From: a virus
Taxonomy: Duplodnaviria; Caudoviricetes
Virus record (IMG/VR): IMGVR_UViG_3300046168_000001
Coordinates: 1 to 58,751 of that record
Strand: one strand, 5' to 3'
Length of the DNA stretch: 58,751 nucleotides
Part shown: one piece after another, positions 9,580 through 19,762 of the stretch
How positions within the stretch are numbered: position 1 is the stretch's first letter
Layout of the letters: each line of letters starts with the position of its first letter
Made by a program: the position numbers and the translations under genes
Notes under the pieces: generated by a model
What the model saw: the letters and a program-made list of their open reading frames with translations, nothing else
Told to the model about the DNA's origin: nothing
Databases searched by the model: none

Positions 9580-10749
9580 ATGGCTAATAATCTTGGTGTT
9601 CGCGGAACTGGTGGCCCTCAGGGACCAGCCCGTGGAACTGGCAAAGATGTTTCCCAACGGGAAGATCTAGCAAACTTTATCACGATGATTACTCGTGATG
9701 AAACTCCTTTTACATCGTCTATCGGTAAAGCTAAAGCAACCGCTATCTACCACGAGTGGCAGACAGATCAGCTAGAAGCTCCAGGCAACTCACGGATTGG
9801 TGAGGGTACTGACTGGATTGCTCCTGATGCAACAGGCTCTGGTGGTACTGGTGCAACTCCAGCAACTGGCGCTAAATTTGCTATTACTGGACCTTATCGT
9901 ACTCGTTTGGGTAACTACACTCAAATTAACGGTAAGACTATCGCTGTGTCAGGTACACGCCGCGCAGTAGATCAAGCAGGTGTTGCAGACGAATATGCAT
10001 ACCAGCTTAAAAAGCGTGGAACTGAGCTACGCCGTGATGTGGAATTTGATATGATCCACTCATACAACACAGCTAACGCTGTGGGTGTACAAAACGCTAA
10101 CTCACGTTCAGCTGGTGGATACCAGTCTTTTATTAACTCAGCAACTACATGTAACTATGTAGGTGAGTTCGAAGCTCCTTCAGCTTCTTCCTCTAATGCT
10201 GGTACTGATGCACAAGGTACAGACACTGTACGTGGATCAATCAATGGTGGTACTACTGCTCCTGCACGTGGAACTCTTGCACTGACAGACATTGATGCTG
10301 TTATGCAGAAGATCTATGAGCAAGGTGGTAAGGCAACTAAAGTTATGTTGTCACCAAAACTACGCCGTGATTTCTCAGATCTAATGGTCTCAGACACTGG
10401 TGTTGTTCGTAACATTGATGCTGGTGGAAAACTCCGTCAGTCAGTTGATGTATACATGTCAGACTTTGGAGATCTTATGGTAGTTCCTAACTACATCATG
10501 GGTCTGTCAAACTCTGTTGCACTGAAAGGTGATAACGGTACTGCATTCTCAGGCGCAGGTATCCCTGACGTTGCTGACTTTGCAGCATTGATCTATGACC
10601 CAATGTGGTTCGCTACAGCTTACCTACGTCCTATGCAGGAAGTAGACGTAGGCCAGCAGGGTGACTCAACCAAAGGAATGATGGTTGAAGAATGCACCTT
10701 GGAAGTACGCAACCCACTTGGTTGTGGTGCTATCTACGGTCTTAACTAG
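9580..10749 (+). CDS. Major capsid protein (DUF5309-type HK97 fold)
   Basis: REDL..I..ETPF.S.IG, HEWQTD.L, NYTQI..K, ELRRDVE, VDVYMSDFG, E.TLEVRNP; strong RBS; terminator follows. Confidence 0.92.
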   Translation: MANNLGVRGTGGPQGPARGTGKDVSQREDLANFITMITRDETPFTSSIGKAKATAIYHEWQTDQLEAPGNSRIGEGTDWIAPDATGSGGTGATPATGAKFAITGPYRTRLGNYTQINGKTIAVSGTRRAVDQAGVADEYAYQLKKRGTELRRDVEFDMIHSYNTANAVGVQNANSRSAGGYQSFINSATTCNYVGEFEAPSASSSNAGTDAQGTDTVRGSINGGTTAPARGTLALTDIDAVMQKIYEQGGKATKVMLSPKLRRDFSDLMVSDTGVVRNIDAGGKLRQSVDVYMSDFGDLMVVPNYIMGLSNSVALKGDNGTAFSGAGIPDVADFAALIYDPMWFATAYLRPMQEVDVGQQGDSTKGMMVEECTLEVRNPLGCGAIYGLN

Positions 10750-10759
10750 ACTATTTGTT

Positions 10760-10792
10760 AGGGGAGGTCTTTATGGCTTCCCCTTTCTTTTT
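10760..10792 (+). terminator. Rho-independent terminator after capsid gene
   Basis: AGGGGAGGTC-TTTAT-GGCTTCCCCT followed by TTCTTTTT. Confidence 0.85.
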
Positions 10793-10802
10793 AGGAGGTA
10801 AT

Positions 10803-11015
10803 ATGGCTTATTCAATGTCCGGTAAAGATTTTAAAAAAGCTGAGTCTGGAAAAATAAATAAAGATTTTAAAGAGGCTAAACCAGCAACGGGTAACCCTTT
10901 TAAGAAAAGAAAAGAAGATCCTGCACAACAATATGCAATGGGCGGCAATGTAGCAAAATACTACAATACAGGTGGTAAGGTTGCTGGATGCGGTCCTGCT
11001 CAAAACAAATCATAA
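10803..11015 (+). CDS. Small basic protein with YxxGGxV repeats
   Basis: AGGAGG RBS before ATG 10803. Confidence 0.65.
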   Translation: MAYSMSGKDFKKAESGKINKDFKEAKPATGNPFKKRKEDPAQQYAMGGNVAKYYNTGGKVAGCGPAQNKS

Positions 11016-11033
11016 ATTAAAGGAGTACAGTAA

Positions 11034-11252
11034 ATGCTAGTTATAAGAACAGCAAACGGGAATACTTACCCCGCAGAAACATGTGTATGGCGTACCGCAG
11101 CAGTTGCTGCAGGTGGCTATAAGCTAACACACTTAGATATTAACTCACCTAACGTAGCGACTAATGGTAATCCTACAGCAGCACCATCTGGCGCTGAGTT
11201 AGGTTATATTGGAAAATCAGGACGTTTTGTATCTTATACAGAACCTGCCTAA
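11034..11252 (+). CDS. Hypothetical virion protein
   Basis: AAGGAG RBS; position after capsid. Confidence 0.6.
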   Translation: MLVIRTANGNTYPAETCVWRTAAVAAGGYKLTHLDINSPNVATNGNPTAAPSGAELGYIGKSGRFVSYTEPA

Positions 11253-11269
11253 TTAAGTAAGAGGACACA

Positions 11270-11611
11270 ATGGCAAAAGAAAATGAATTTAAATTTCGCA
11301 GTTCAACTGTGGAAGCCACAAAAGATATTCATGCTGGTTTTGATCTTCAATCTGGAGATTGGGAAGCTAAGCAAGACATTACACAATATAAAGAAGCTGC
11401 TAAACTTGATAGAGATAAAGAAGCATATTATGGTCGTACTAAAAATGGTTACCGTAAGTTAGCAACTATTCCTGATATTGTAGCAATTAAGATTTTGCAA
11501 GAGCATCATCTGGATTTGCATGATCCAAATTTTATGCAAGATCCTAATAATCTTAAAAAGCTTAAAACAATTTTGATGTCTGAATATTCTGATTTGGTAG
11601 TCAATACTTAA
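11270..11611 (+). CDS. Conserved hypothetical virion-module protein
   Basis: RKLATIPDIV motif; GAGG RBS. Confidence 0.65.
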   Translation: MAKENEFKFRSSTVEATKDIHAGFDLQSGDWEAKQDITQYKEAAKLDRDKEAYYGRTKNGYRKLATIPDIVAIKILQEHHLDLHDPNFMQDPNNLKKLKTILMSEYSDLVVNT

Positions 11612-11625
11612 TTAGGAGGCCAAAC

Positions 11626-12513
11626 ATGGCAATGACATATACGGAACTTGTTGCTAAAGTTCGTAGTTGGTCTAACCGCGATGAAGAAGTAGTAAGTGAC
11701 GACATTATTAAGGATGCTCTTAAATATGCAGCAGATAAAGCATACAGAATTTTAAGAGTCCCTCCATTAGAAAATGTTGCTATTTATGAAAAGTCTTTGT
11801 TACAGGCTGGAACTACAGCAGCTAATAGTTTACAGGGTAGTATTACAGAAATACAATTACCCTATGATCTTATAGAATTTATTCAAATTAGAGAAGTAGA
11901 TTCTGCTGGATTAACCACACGTGTATTTAATGAAAAATTAGACATACGAACATTTAATGATGCTTTAAGTGAAAAGTATACAAACCTTAACTACTGGGCA
12001 AGACAACAAAATGTTGTATACCTTACTCCAGGGTTTGGTGCTGGATCAACAAGCAATCAAGCGAACACAATAGAACTTTATTATTATCGTAGACTACCTG
12101 CATTAGATGCGGTATACGCTGTGACTGTTCTTAACTACAATGCGGGATTTCTTACTACAACAGGTGCAGGATCAGGTGTAGCTAATTCTAAACAATTATA
12201 CTTTAATAGTAATACAGGAACAACAGCATACGCAACAAGTGCAGACGCACAGGCAGCTAGTGCTGGTGGTACTGTAACAAACGCTTACTACATTGGTATT
12301 GCAACCCCTAACTGGCTACGTGATGAAAACCAAAGGATTCTTTTGTTTGGGGCATTAGCAGAGGTGTTTGCTTATGTTCAAGATGATCAACAAGCAGCAA
12401 AATACAATCAAGCATTCTTATCAGAAATTACAGAAGCAAATGATGAAGATGCTAAACGTAACGCTTCAGGCGGTAATTTACAAGTAAACTTTAATGGACG
12501 AGGGTTAATATAA
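11626..12513 (+). CDS. Head-tail adaptor / tail tubular protein A-like
   Basis: MTYTELV..V..W..R N-terminus, IELYYYRRLPAL, NWL...LLFGAL.E. Confidence 0.75.
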   Translation: MAMTYTELVAKVRSWSNRDEEVVSDDIIKDALKYAADKAYRILRVPPLENVAIYEKSLLQAGTTAANSLQGSITEIQLPYDLIEFIQIREVDSAGLTTRVFNEKLDIRTFNDALSEKYTNLNYWARQQNVVYLTPGFGAGSTSNQANTIELYYYRRLPALDAVYAVTVLNYNAGFLTTTGAGSGVANSKQLYFNSNTGTTAYATSADAQAASAGGTVTNAYYIGIATPNWLRDENQRILLFGALAEVFAYVQDDQQAAKYNQAFLSEITEANDEDAKRNASGGNLQVNFNGRGLI

Positions 12514-13829
12514 TGACTACACCAGCAAGACCTGGCTCCTTTACAGGAGCTACTGATAATGCCGCCAGTGGTGGATTATTTACAGATACCCTTATTGACG
12601 GTATCCCCGATATTATAGGGGCCGATGTAGCATCTGCAGAAGCAGCCGCCGCAGCCGCAAAGGTATCAGAAACAAACGCTGCAACCTCAGCCACTGGTGC
12701 AGCTACAAGCGCAACTAACGCTGGAACTAGCGCCACGGCTGCAGCAAGTAGTCAAACAGCAGCAGCAAGTAGCGCCACAGCAGCTGCTAGTTCTGCTAGT
12801 AGTGTGGCAGCAGATGCCGCTACAGCGACAACTAAGGCAGCTGAAGCAAGTACGTCTGCAACAAACGCAGCGGCTTCACAATCAGCAGCAGCAGCGTCAC
12901 AAACTTCAGCAGCATCTAGTGCAACTTCAGCTACTGGGTCTGCTAACAGTGCAACAACCTCTGCTACAGCGGCAGGTAACAGTGCTACAGCAGCGGCTAA
13001 TAGTGCTACTGCAGGAGCAAGCAGCGCAACGGCAGCAGCCAATAGTGCTACAGCAGCAGCAACGTCAGAAACTAATGCAGCAAGTTCGGCTACTTCAGCA
13101 ACCACTAGTAAAAATACAGCTACTACTCAAGCTACTAATGCGGCAACAAGTGCAACGAATGCAGCCACGAGTGCAACGACTGCGACAACTCAAGCAAGTA
13201 GTGCAACAACGTCAGCTGCAACAGCTACGACACAGGCTACTAAAGCAGAAGACTATGCTGTAAAAGTAAACGGAGTTGTCCCTAGTACTTCAGATTATTC
13301 ATCTAAAGCATGGGCTGTGGGTGGTACAGGTGTAGATCAAGCTTCAGGCGGTGGTAACGCTAAAGACTGGGCTACTGAAACAACAACAACTGCTGATAAC
13401 ACAGAATACTCAGCTAAAGAATATGCTATTGGTGTACAGGCAGGGAATACTAACGGTTCTGCTAAACAATGGGCTTTAGGTGGCGGTAACTTTGTTATGT
13501 CCACAGCAGTAACAGGATCAGGCGGTACAGCACAATATTCGGCTAAGTACTGGGCAGATCAAGCTGCTAGTAGTGTAGCTAACTTTGATGAAAAATATTA
13601 TGGTAGTTATGCAAGTGATGCAGCAGCCGAAAACGCACATGAAGCAGCAGGTAAAACAGTAGCAGTAGGTGACTTGTATTATAATACAGGTGATCAAGCT
13701 GTTAAATATTGCACAGTTGCTCCGTCTGGAACAGGCGCACCAGTAGGAACATGGGTAGCAATTGAAGCAACAGACACTAGCGGTTTTGCAACAAACGGGT
13801 TTTCAATTGCAATGTCAATCGCATTATAG
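12513..13829 (+). CDS. Tail fibre protein with Ala/Ser/Thr heptad repeats
   Basis: Many SATxAAx repeats, repeated SAKxWA motifs, GDLYYNT, C-terminal FSIAMSIAL. Confidence 0.8.
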   Translation: MTTPARPGSFTGATDNAASGGLFTDTLIDGIPDIIGADVASAEAAAAAAKVSETNAATSATGAATSATNAGTSATAAASSQTAAASSATAAASSASSVAADAATATTKAAEASTSATNAAASQSAAAASQTSAASSATSATGSANSATTSATAAGNSATAAANSATAGASSATAAANSATAAATSETNAASSATSATTSKNTATTQATNAATSATNAATSATTATTQASSATTSAATATTQATKAEDYAVKVNGVVPSTSDYSSKAWAVGGTGVDQASGGGNAKDWATETTTTADNTEYSAKEYAIGVQAGNTNGSAKQWALGGGNFVMSTAVTGSGGTAQYSAKYWADQAASSVANFDEKYYGSYASDAAAENAHEAAGKTVAVGDLYYNTGDQAVKYCTVAPSGTGAPVGTWVAIEATDTSGFATNGFSIAMSIAL

Positions 13830-13838
13830 GAGGTCTTT

Positions 13839-14192
13839 ATGGCACAAAATTTTAGAAGGTACGTTGAAAAGTCCATTGGAACCTCGGCAACTGATATTCC
13901 TGATGGCGCTAATTTCGACTCATACGACACAATTGTAGGAATAAATTTAGCAAATAGAATTGCTCAACAGATTACAGTATCAGTATATATGTTAGCTGGA
14001 GGAGCAACAGATAGTCTAGCCAATCGGTACTACGTTGTAAAAGATGCACCGATTCCAGCAGGATCAACACTTCAAGCATTAGATGGTGGTGCTAAAATTG
14101 TAGTACAATCAGGGGATAGGCTTTGGATTGTATCTGACACTGCAAGCTCACTTGACGCTTGGGTATCTGCTGTTGACGCTATTAGTACATAG
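13839..14192 (+). CDS. Virion structural protein (tail fibre partner)
   Basis: VVKDAPIPAGSTL...KIVVQSGD motif; follows the IAMSIAL-ending fibre. Confidence 0.7.
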   Translation: MAQNFRRYVEKSIGTSATDIPDGANFDSYDTIVGINLANRIAQQITVSVYMLAGGATDSLANRYYVVKDAPIPAGSTLQALDGGAKIVVQSGDRLWIVSDTASSLDAWVSAVDAIST

Positions 14193-14203
14193 GAGGATTA
14201 GTT

Positions 14204-14689
14204 ATGGGTTACATTGGTAATCAAGCAAATAGTAATTTTTCCTCTCTAGCTAAACAAGATATTACAGGTAACGGGGGTACAGGCTATACGTTAAGCACAG
14301 CAGTAGCAAACGCTAACGAAATAGAAGTATTTGTGAACAACGTTAGACAAGAACCAGCAGTAGCTTATAACGTTTCTGGTACAACACTTACCATGACAGG
14401 TAACGTAGTAAGTACAGATGACTTTTATGTAGTCTATCAAGGTAAGGCAGTTCAAACAACTACTCCTTCACCAGCATCGGTGACAGCAGCAATGCTTGCT
14501 CAAGGTGCTGCAGGATCATACCTTGGTGACGCTACACAACTCGGTAATATTATTAGAGTACATGAAAAAGAGCTAAACACTTCAGTAACAGTAGCCGCAA
14601 ACACTAATGGTATGTGCGCTGGCCCATTAACCCTAGCTTCAGGAGTCACCATCACAGTTAGTGCTGGTGCAACATTGGTGGTAGCATGA
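14204..14689 (+). CDS. Tail fibre adaptor-like protein (paralog of 18142-18609)
   Basis: MGYIGNQ, VFVNNVRQEP..AYNVSG, C-terminal AGPLTL...TV..GATLVV. Confidence 0.7.
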   Translation: MGYIGNQANSNFSSLAKQDITGNGGTGYTLSTAVANANEIEVFVNNVRQEPAVAYNVSGTTLTMTGNVVSTDDFYVVYQGKAVQTTTPSPASVTAAMLAQGAAGSYLGDATQLGNIIRVHEKELNTSVTVAANTNGMCAGPLTLASGVTITVSAGATLVVA

Positions 14690-15057
14690 GTACGGTACAT
14701 TGTAATACAATACAAACTAGTTCTGGTGGTCCTGTTACGCTGACTAAGCAGAGTGCGGCAAAGGCAAGAGCAACAGTTAGAGGATTAGATACGTTTCAAA
14801 TCCATGAAAGTTTCGGTGTCAGTTCTGCAAGTGACGAAGGAGCAGGGCATCATAACATTGCATTAACATCAGCAATGTCGAGTATTTCTTATCAACCGCA
14901 AATTGCTACTGGTTACGCGGATGGAAACCCAGGCAACACGATTTCAACTTGTTGGTCAGAAACATCTACCAATGTTGAGTTTGAAACCAGTTCTGCCGCA
15001 GGTGCAAATCAAGATATTACAAAAGATTACTTGGTTGTTTTTGGAGACTTAGCATGA
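14686..15057 (+). CDS. Tail fibre/tip module protein
   Basis: N-terminal MSTVHCNTIQTSSG motif; C-terminal GDLA. Confidence 0.65.
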   Translation: MSTVHCNTIQTSSGGPVTLTKQSAAKARATVRGLDTFQIHESFGVSSASDEGAGHHNIALTSAMSSISYQPQIATGYADGNPGNTISTCWSETSTNVEFETSSAAGANQDITKDYLVVFGDLA

Positions 15058-15563
15058 GTAAAATACTTGTAAACGAAATAGGTAATAACAACGGCACTAC
15101 GGGTATGACTGTAGCAACAACAGGCGTTGCTAGTTTTCCAGTATCGGCTCCTTTAACACCTGCTAGACCAGCTTTTCTTGCAAGACGAAACGGAACAAAT
15201 TTACAACTTAACAATCAAATAATGCCCTTTGACAGCAAAACTATTTACGGAGGATTTGATACTGCTAATGGGTATAATACAAGTACATATACATATACTT
15301 GCCCAATAGCAGGGTTATATTGGTTTCATGTATCTAGTATTCTCGGTTCTATAGCGGTTGATAATGGTCAATGGAAAATTCAATTAAACAGCAGTGATTA
15401 TGAACAAAGGCATTTTACAAATAAAACCACTGAGTTTTACACACACAGCATAGACACATACATAAACGCCTCGGCAAATGACACTGTCAGAGTAAAAATG
15501 GGATCTAATATTTATTTTTATGGCAATCAATGGGCTGTGTTTATGGGACATTTAATAGGGTAG
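15054..15563 (+). CDS. C1q-like receptor-binding tip protein
   Basis: RPAFLA...FD...YNTSTYTYTCPIAGLYWF...FMGHLIG. Confidence 0.7.
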   Translation: MSKILVNEIGNNNGTTGMTVATTGVASFPVSAPLTPARPAFLARRNGTNLQLNNQIMPFDSKTIYGGFDTANGYNTSTYTYTCPIAGLYWFHVSSILGSIAVDNGQWKIQLNSSDYEQRHFTNKTTEFYTHSIDTYINASANDTVRVKMGSNIYFYGNQWAVFMGHLIG

Positions 15564-15572
15564 GAGGGTATT

Positions 15573-15983
15573 ATGGCAAATGGAAAAATAAAAGCAGATA
15601 CCCTAGAACACAGCACCGCTGGGTCACTTGATACACAGTACGTTGTGAATGGTACGCTAAAAATGTGGGCTGATTTGTCAGGTGGTGCAACACCAGCTAT
15701 TGATGACAGCGCCAACACTTCTTCTGTGACTGATGTAGGACCAGGCGAAAGACGTATAAATTTAACAAACAGCATGTCTAGCACAAATTATATGGTCATT
15801 GCTGGAATGATTAATGATGGCAACAGTGGTGGTGCTAGGGGTGCGGCAGGACATCATCTTGGGACACAGGCTACAGGCTCTGTACAATATAAAACAATGT
15901 ACGGATCTACTGCCAGTTCAGATGGTAACCTCACTGATTCGCACACTCAAGAAGGTGCTGGAATAGCAGGAGACCTAGCATAA
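15573..15983 (+). CDS. Tail fibre/tip module protein
   Basis: KIKADTLEHSTAG N-terminus; DS.NTSSVTD.G.G; C-terminal GDLA (paralog of 14686). Confidence 0.65.
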   Translation: MANGKIKADTLEHSTAGSLDTQYVVNGTLKMWADLSGGATPAIDDSANTSSVTDVGPGERRINLTNSMSSTNYMVIAGMINDGNSGGARGAAGHHLGTQATGSVQYKTMYGSTASSDGNLTDSHTQEGAGIAGDLA

Positions 15984-16444
15984 TGGACACACCAGAATTT
16001 CAAGGCACACACCTATTCGACAGACTATGCTGGGCTAAAGAAAATCTAGACGGTGTACAGTCTGACTATCGTGTAGTGTACGAGGACAACATTGACGAGT
16101 GCGCTAAGATACTTGTACCAGATCCTAATTGGATGGCTTGCGCTTTACAAGGCAATATTCTTCCACCTGTATGGGTGTACTGGGAGTTAGCCAAGGATGA
16201 AGCAGAAGAAGGGTTTACTAAACACACTCGCGGAAATTTATTGCACGAAACAAAACCTATAGGTCCAATGACAGAAGAAGAGGCGATAGAATATCTTATA
16301 AAGAAAGATTGTCCTCCAGATGTGTGGCAAACATATAACGAAGGTAATCGTCAAAAGATGGTTATCTGTAAGAAAGAACAATTACCTAAAACTAGAGAGT
16401 GGCGAAACGCATGGAAGATCAACCAAGAGTTGCTTGCCGCATAG
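15983..16444 (+). CDS. Tail-associated hypothetical protein
   Basis: KILVPDPNW...MTEEEAIEYLIKKD..LP..REWRNAW. Confidence 0.6.
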   Translation: MDTPEFQGTHLFDRLCWAKENLDGVQSDYRVVYEDNIDECAKILVPDPNWMACALQGNILPPVWVYWELAKDEAEEGFTKHTRGNLLHETKPIGPMTEEEAIEYLIKKDCPPDVWQTYNEGNRQKMVICKKEQLPKTREWRNAWKINQELLAA

Positions 16445-16453
16445 GAGAAATTA

Positions 16454-16825
16454 ATGGTAGATACATATATTAAAGTAGGTGATCAGACTCCTCTTGCGGA
16501 CTCTGTTACTGTACCTGCAGATCGTAGCTTTCGTGACGCTTGGGTTCTTGATAGTGATAAAAAAGTAATTAGCGAAGATGTTGCAAAAGCTAAAGATATG
16601 TTTAAAGACAAGATCAGAGAGGTGCGTAAACCACTTCTTGAAGCAGAGGATGTAGTTTATATGAAAGCGCTAGAAGCTGATAATGCTTCTGCTAAGACTG
16701 CAAGTGTTAATAAAAAGAAATCTCTTAGAGATGCACCTGCAGCTTCAGCTATCAGTAGCGCAGATACAATTACAAAGCTAAAGGCAGCGTGGGATACATC
16801 ATTACTTGGTGATAGCCCTTACTAA
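16454..16825 (+). CDS. Tail fibre assembly chaperone-like protein
   Basis: RSFRDAW...IREVRKPLL..D...LRDAP resembles the Tfa-type C-terminus. Confidence 0.6.
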   Translation: MVDTYIKVGDQTPLADSVTVPADRSFRDAWVLDSDKKVISEDVAKAKDMFKDKIREVRKPLLEAEDVVYMKALEADNASAKTASVNKKKSLRDAPAASAISSADTITKLKAAWDTSLLGDSPY

Positions 16826-16837
16826 TAGGAGGCTATG

Positions 16838-17959
16838 ATGGCATTAAGTAAAATACGAAGTGATAGCATGGATGATGTTGCTATCCAAAGTAACAAGAAT
16901 TTAATTATTAATGGCGATCTGCAGGTTTGGCAACGAGCCACCTCTGCCACGGCAGTAACAAACGCTTATGCTACTGTTGATAGATTTAGATTTGTTGAAG
17001 GAACGGCTGGTGCATACACTAGCGAAAAGTCTAGTGATTCACCAATAGGGTCAGGCAGCTCATTAAAGCTACAAGTTACAACTGCTGACACAAGTATGGC
17101 GGCAGGAGATTATGCTTATTTCCAGCAAGTTATAGAGGCACAAAATCTTCAATCCTTGCAATATGGAACTTCATCTGCAAAAACATTAACTCTTTCATTT
17201 TGGGTTAAGTCTAGCAAGACAGGAACTTATACAATTGCTTTAATAAAGGCAGATAGTACTCAATACAACTTTGTGCATGAATATACTATTTCATCAGCAA
17301 ACACATGGGAAAAGAAAACCATTACTATAAGCCCTACGGCTGGTAGTACATCATTTATTACCTCTGCTGCTGGGGCTATTAACAATGACAATGGTGTTGG
17401 TTTTTATGTAGTCTGGATGTTGTGTTCTGGCACAGATCTTAATGGTTCTACGAACAACGCTTGGTCTAGTAATGGTTTACACTACACCACAACTAATCAA
17501 GTAAACTGGATGGATAACACAAGCAACAATTTTTACCTATCTCAAGTGCAACTTGAAATCGGAGACCTAGCATCACCCTTTGAATTTGAGGACTATGGAA
17601 CCACGTTAGCTAAGTGTCAGAGGTATTTTGAAAACGTAAACTGGTTGGGTTATGTTTTATCAGGAAACTCATATTCAACGACTCAATGGGTATTAGCGCA
17701 AGTTCTTTGGAAGGTGGAAAAAAGAACTGTTCCAACATTAACCTTTCCAACAATAGGTAATTCATCTGGCAATGTAGGGATTACAGACTCTACCGCAAAC
17801 CTTGTTACTCAGGGTAGTACAATAAGGTCGCAAACTACAACAACAGGTGCATCTCTCTATAATAACAACGCAGATGGTTATTCGGGTTTAGATGATGATA
17901 CAGTTTGCATGTTGTATTCATATGGCGACACAACCCTTAAAGTAGATGCGGAGTTATAA
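16838..17959 (+). CDS. Tail fibre protein with carbohydrate-binding-like domain
   Basis: KNLIINGD.QVWQR, TLSFWVKS, VQLE.G..ASPFE, L.KCQRYF, C-terminal DAEL. Confidence 0.75.
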   Translation: MALSKIRSDSMDDVAIQSNKNLIINGDLQVWQRATSATAVTNAYATVDRFRFVEGTAGAYTSEKSSDSPIGSGSSLKLQVTTADTSMAAGDYAYFQQVIEAQNLQSLQYGTSSAKTLTLSFWVKSSKTGTYTIALIKADSTQYNFVHEYTISSANTWEKKTITISPTAGSTSFITSAAGAINNDNGVGFYVVWMLCSGTDLNGSTNNAWSSNGLHYTTTNQVNWMDNTSNNFYLSQVQLEIGDLASPFEFEDYGTTLAKCQRYFENVNWLGYVLSGNSYSTTQWVLAQVLWKVEKRTVPTLTFPTIGNSSGNVGITDSTANLVTQGSTIRSQTTTTGASLYNNNADGYSGLDDDTVCMLYSYGDTTLKVDAEL

Positions 17960-18142
17960 ATGATTATTGAAAACGCAAAGTGGTCAAAAGGACCACCGGG
18001 GCAAGATGATGTAATAGTCGGTTTTCTTGCAACTATTGATGGTAAGAAAGTGGTTGTTCCAAAGGAAATTGGGAATAGACAATATGACGAGGCTATGCGT
18101 CAAGTAGACGCTGGCACTCTAACAATAGAGGAGGCTGACTAA
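17960..18142 (+). CDS. Small tail fibre partner protein
   Basis: VP...GNRQY...G..IEEAD; coupled to the upstream fibre. Confidence 0.6.
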   Translation: MIIENAKWSKGPPGQDDVIVGFLATIDGKKVVVPKEIGNRQYDEAMRQVDAGTLTIEEAD

Positions 18143-18609
18143 TGCCATATGTAGGCAAACAACCCCTCGCAGGGGACTTTAAAAAACTAGGATCACTCAC
18201 AGCGTCTGCTACAGCTACGTATGCACTTACTTACAACAGTGCTGCATTTACGCCAGCTAACGCAGAGTCTTTGATTGTGTCTCTTAACGGTGTAACACAA
18301 GCACCTAATGACGCTTATAGTGTCAGTGGTAGTAACATTGTGTTCGCCTCTAACCTTTCTTCTTCAGACAGCATTGATTATATTCTTGCATTAGGAGAAG
18401 TAGGTAATCATACAGTACCGTCAGATAACTCAGTTACTACAGCAAAGCTTAGTAGCACTATTAGTCGTGGTGGTGTAGCTAATATTCGTGTTAACCCTAA
18501 CAGCCTAACAGATAATACAACAATTGCCAGTGGTGAGAACGCTCTTGTAGCAGGACCGTTCACACTTGCAGCTACGTTGACTGTCAACGGCACATTTACG
18601 GTGGTGTGA
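18142..18609 (+). CDS. Tail fibre adaptor-like protein (paralog of 14204-14689)
   Basis: MPYVGKQP, VSLNGVTQAP..AYSVSG, AGPFTL...LTVNG..TVV. Confidence 0.7.
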   Translation: MPYVGKQPLAGDFKKLGSLTASATATYALTYNSAAFTPANAESLIVSLNGVTQAPNDAYSVSGSNIVFASNLSSSDSIDYILALGEVGNHTVPSDNSVTTAKLSSTISRGGVANIRVNPNSLTDNTTIASGENALVAGPFTLAATLTVNGTFTVV

Positions 18610-18610
18610 T

Positions 18611-19165
18611 ATGAGTAAGTTATATGTAGATGAAATAGCCAGTAAAACTTCTGGTAATAAAATTATGATGCCTCAAGGCGGCATTATCCAAGTCCAATAC
18701 ACACAAGTAATAGCTACAAGCACTCATACTTCTGCAAGTGCTTTATCCACAACTACTGTTACACCATTAAACGTAAACATTACTCCATTATCTTCTTCTT
18801 CAATTATCATGCTTACAGCGGGAGTAACTGGTGAATGGAGTAGGGATGGCGCATCATGGGATAGCACTTGGTTTTTCTTACGAGACAGCACTAAATTATC
18901 TTCTCCTCCTGATGGGACTAGAAACGTAGGTATTCATATGGGAACCAATATAACGATTTATGCTGCTGATAATAATTCAACACCAGACAACGCTCAATAC
19001 ACATACTTTGACACACCTTCAACTACTTCAACTATTAATTATAAAGTAGCATTTTCTGATAATGGCACAGGAACTTGGCATTTAAATAAAACTGTTTCTG
19101 ATACTAATGTAGCGGGACATGAGCGTGGAATTTCATTTATTATGGCACAGGAAATAGCAGGATAG
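18611..19165 (+). CDS. Tail fibre/tip module protein
   Basis: MSKLYVDEI N-terminus; G.IIQV, ITP...SS.I, DTPSTTS.I.YK, EIAG end. Confidence 0.7.
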   Translation: MSKLYVDEIASKTSGNKIMMPQGGIIQVQYTQVIATSTHTSASALSTTTVTPLNVNITPLSSSSIIMLTAGVTGEWSRDGASWDSTWFFLRDSTKLSSPPDGTRNVGIHMGTNITIYAADNNSTPDNAQYTYFDTPSTTSTINYKVAFSDNGTGTWHLNKTVSDTNVAGHERGISFIMAQEIAG

Positions 19166-19174
19166 GAGGAAAAC

Positions 19175-19753
19175 ATGGCTTCAATTATAGGAGTGGAAAC
19201 CCTCCAGCATACTAACGGTACGTCAGCGGCAACCATAGCTTCAACAGGCGTAGTAACTTTTGCAAAACCACAACCACCTTTAGTTGGTTCACCTGTCGCT
19301 TTGTCAGGCTTATCAAACAAAACTTTCACAGGAATCCCAGCGGGAACAAATAGATTTACTGTAGTGCTTGATGATGTTTCAGGGCCAACTAGCGGTTATC
19401 TAAAATTACAGCTTGGGACTGCTAGTGGTTTAGAAACTGGCACAAATTACTTAGTTAATGACTCAAATGGAACAGCAGGAAATTCGTTTGCTGGATATGG
19501 AAATGGTACGGCTAACGACTTCAGACTAACAGCTTGGACAAATGATAATGCAAATATGAGTGGAACAATTACATTTACACATCTTGGCGGCAACAAATGG
19601 ATGATGGGTTCTCATTTAATTTCAAGAGCCTACAGTGCCTATTTTATCTCACTCACAGGCCAAGTCAATCTAAGCGCAGAGTGTACACAGGTTAAAGTAT
19701 TCCCCGCTACAGGAAACTTTGATGCTGGCAATGTAAACCTTTTGTTAGGATAG
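19175..19753 (+). CDS. Tail fibre/tip module protein
   Basis: MASIIGVETLQHTNG N-terminus; FTGIP, FDAG. Confidence 0.65.
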   Translation: MASIIGVETLQHTNGTSAATIASTGVVTFAKPQPPLVGSPVALSGLSNKTFTGIPAGTNRFTVVLDDVSGPTSGYLKLQLGTASGLETGTNYLVNDSNGTAGNSFAGYGNGTANDFRLTAWTNDNANMSGTITFTHLGGNKWMMGSHLISRAYSAYFISLTGQVNLSAECTQVKVFPATGNFDAGNVNLLLG

Positions 19754-19762
19754 GAGATACAA

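Noticed and set aside
12640-13250. Highly repetitive GCA/GCT/ACA-rich DNA resembling a tandem array or CRISPR
   Set aside because: It encodes Ala/Ser/Thr heptads of a tail fibre; third codon positions vary and there is no repeat-spacer structure
12697-13263. Alternate-frame poly-Gln ORF and antisense Ala/Val/Leu ORFs
   Set aside because: Shadow frames of the low-complexity fibre gene
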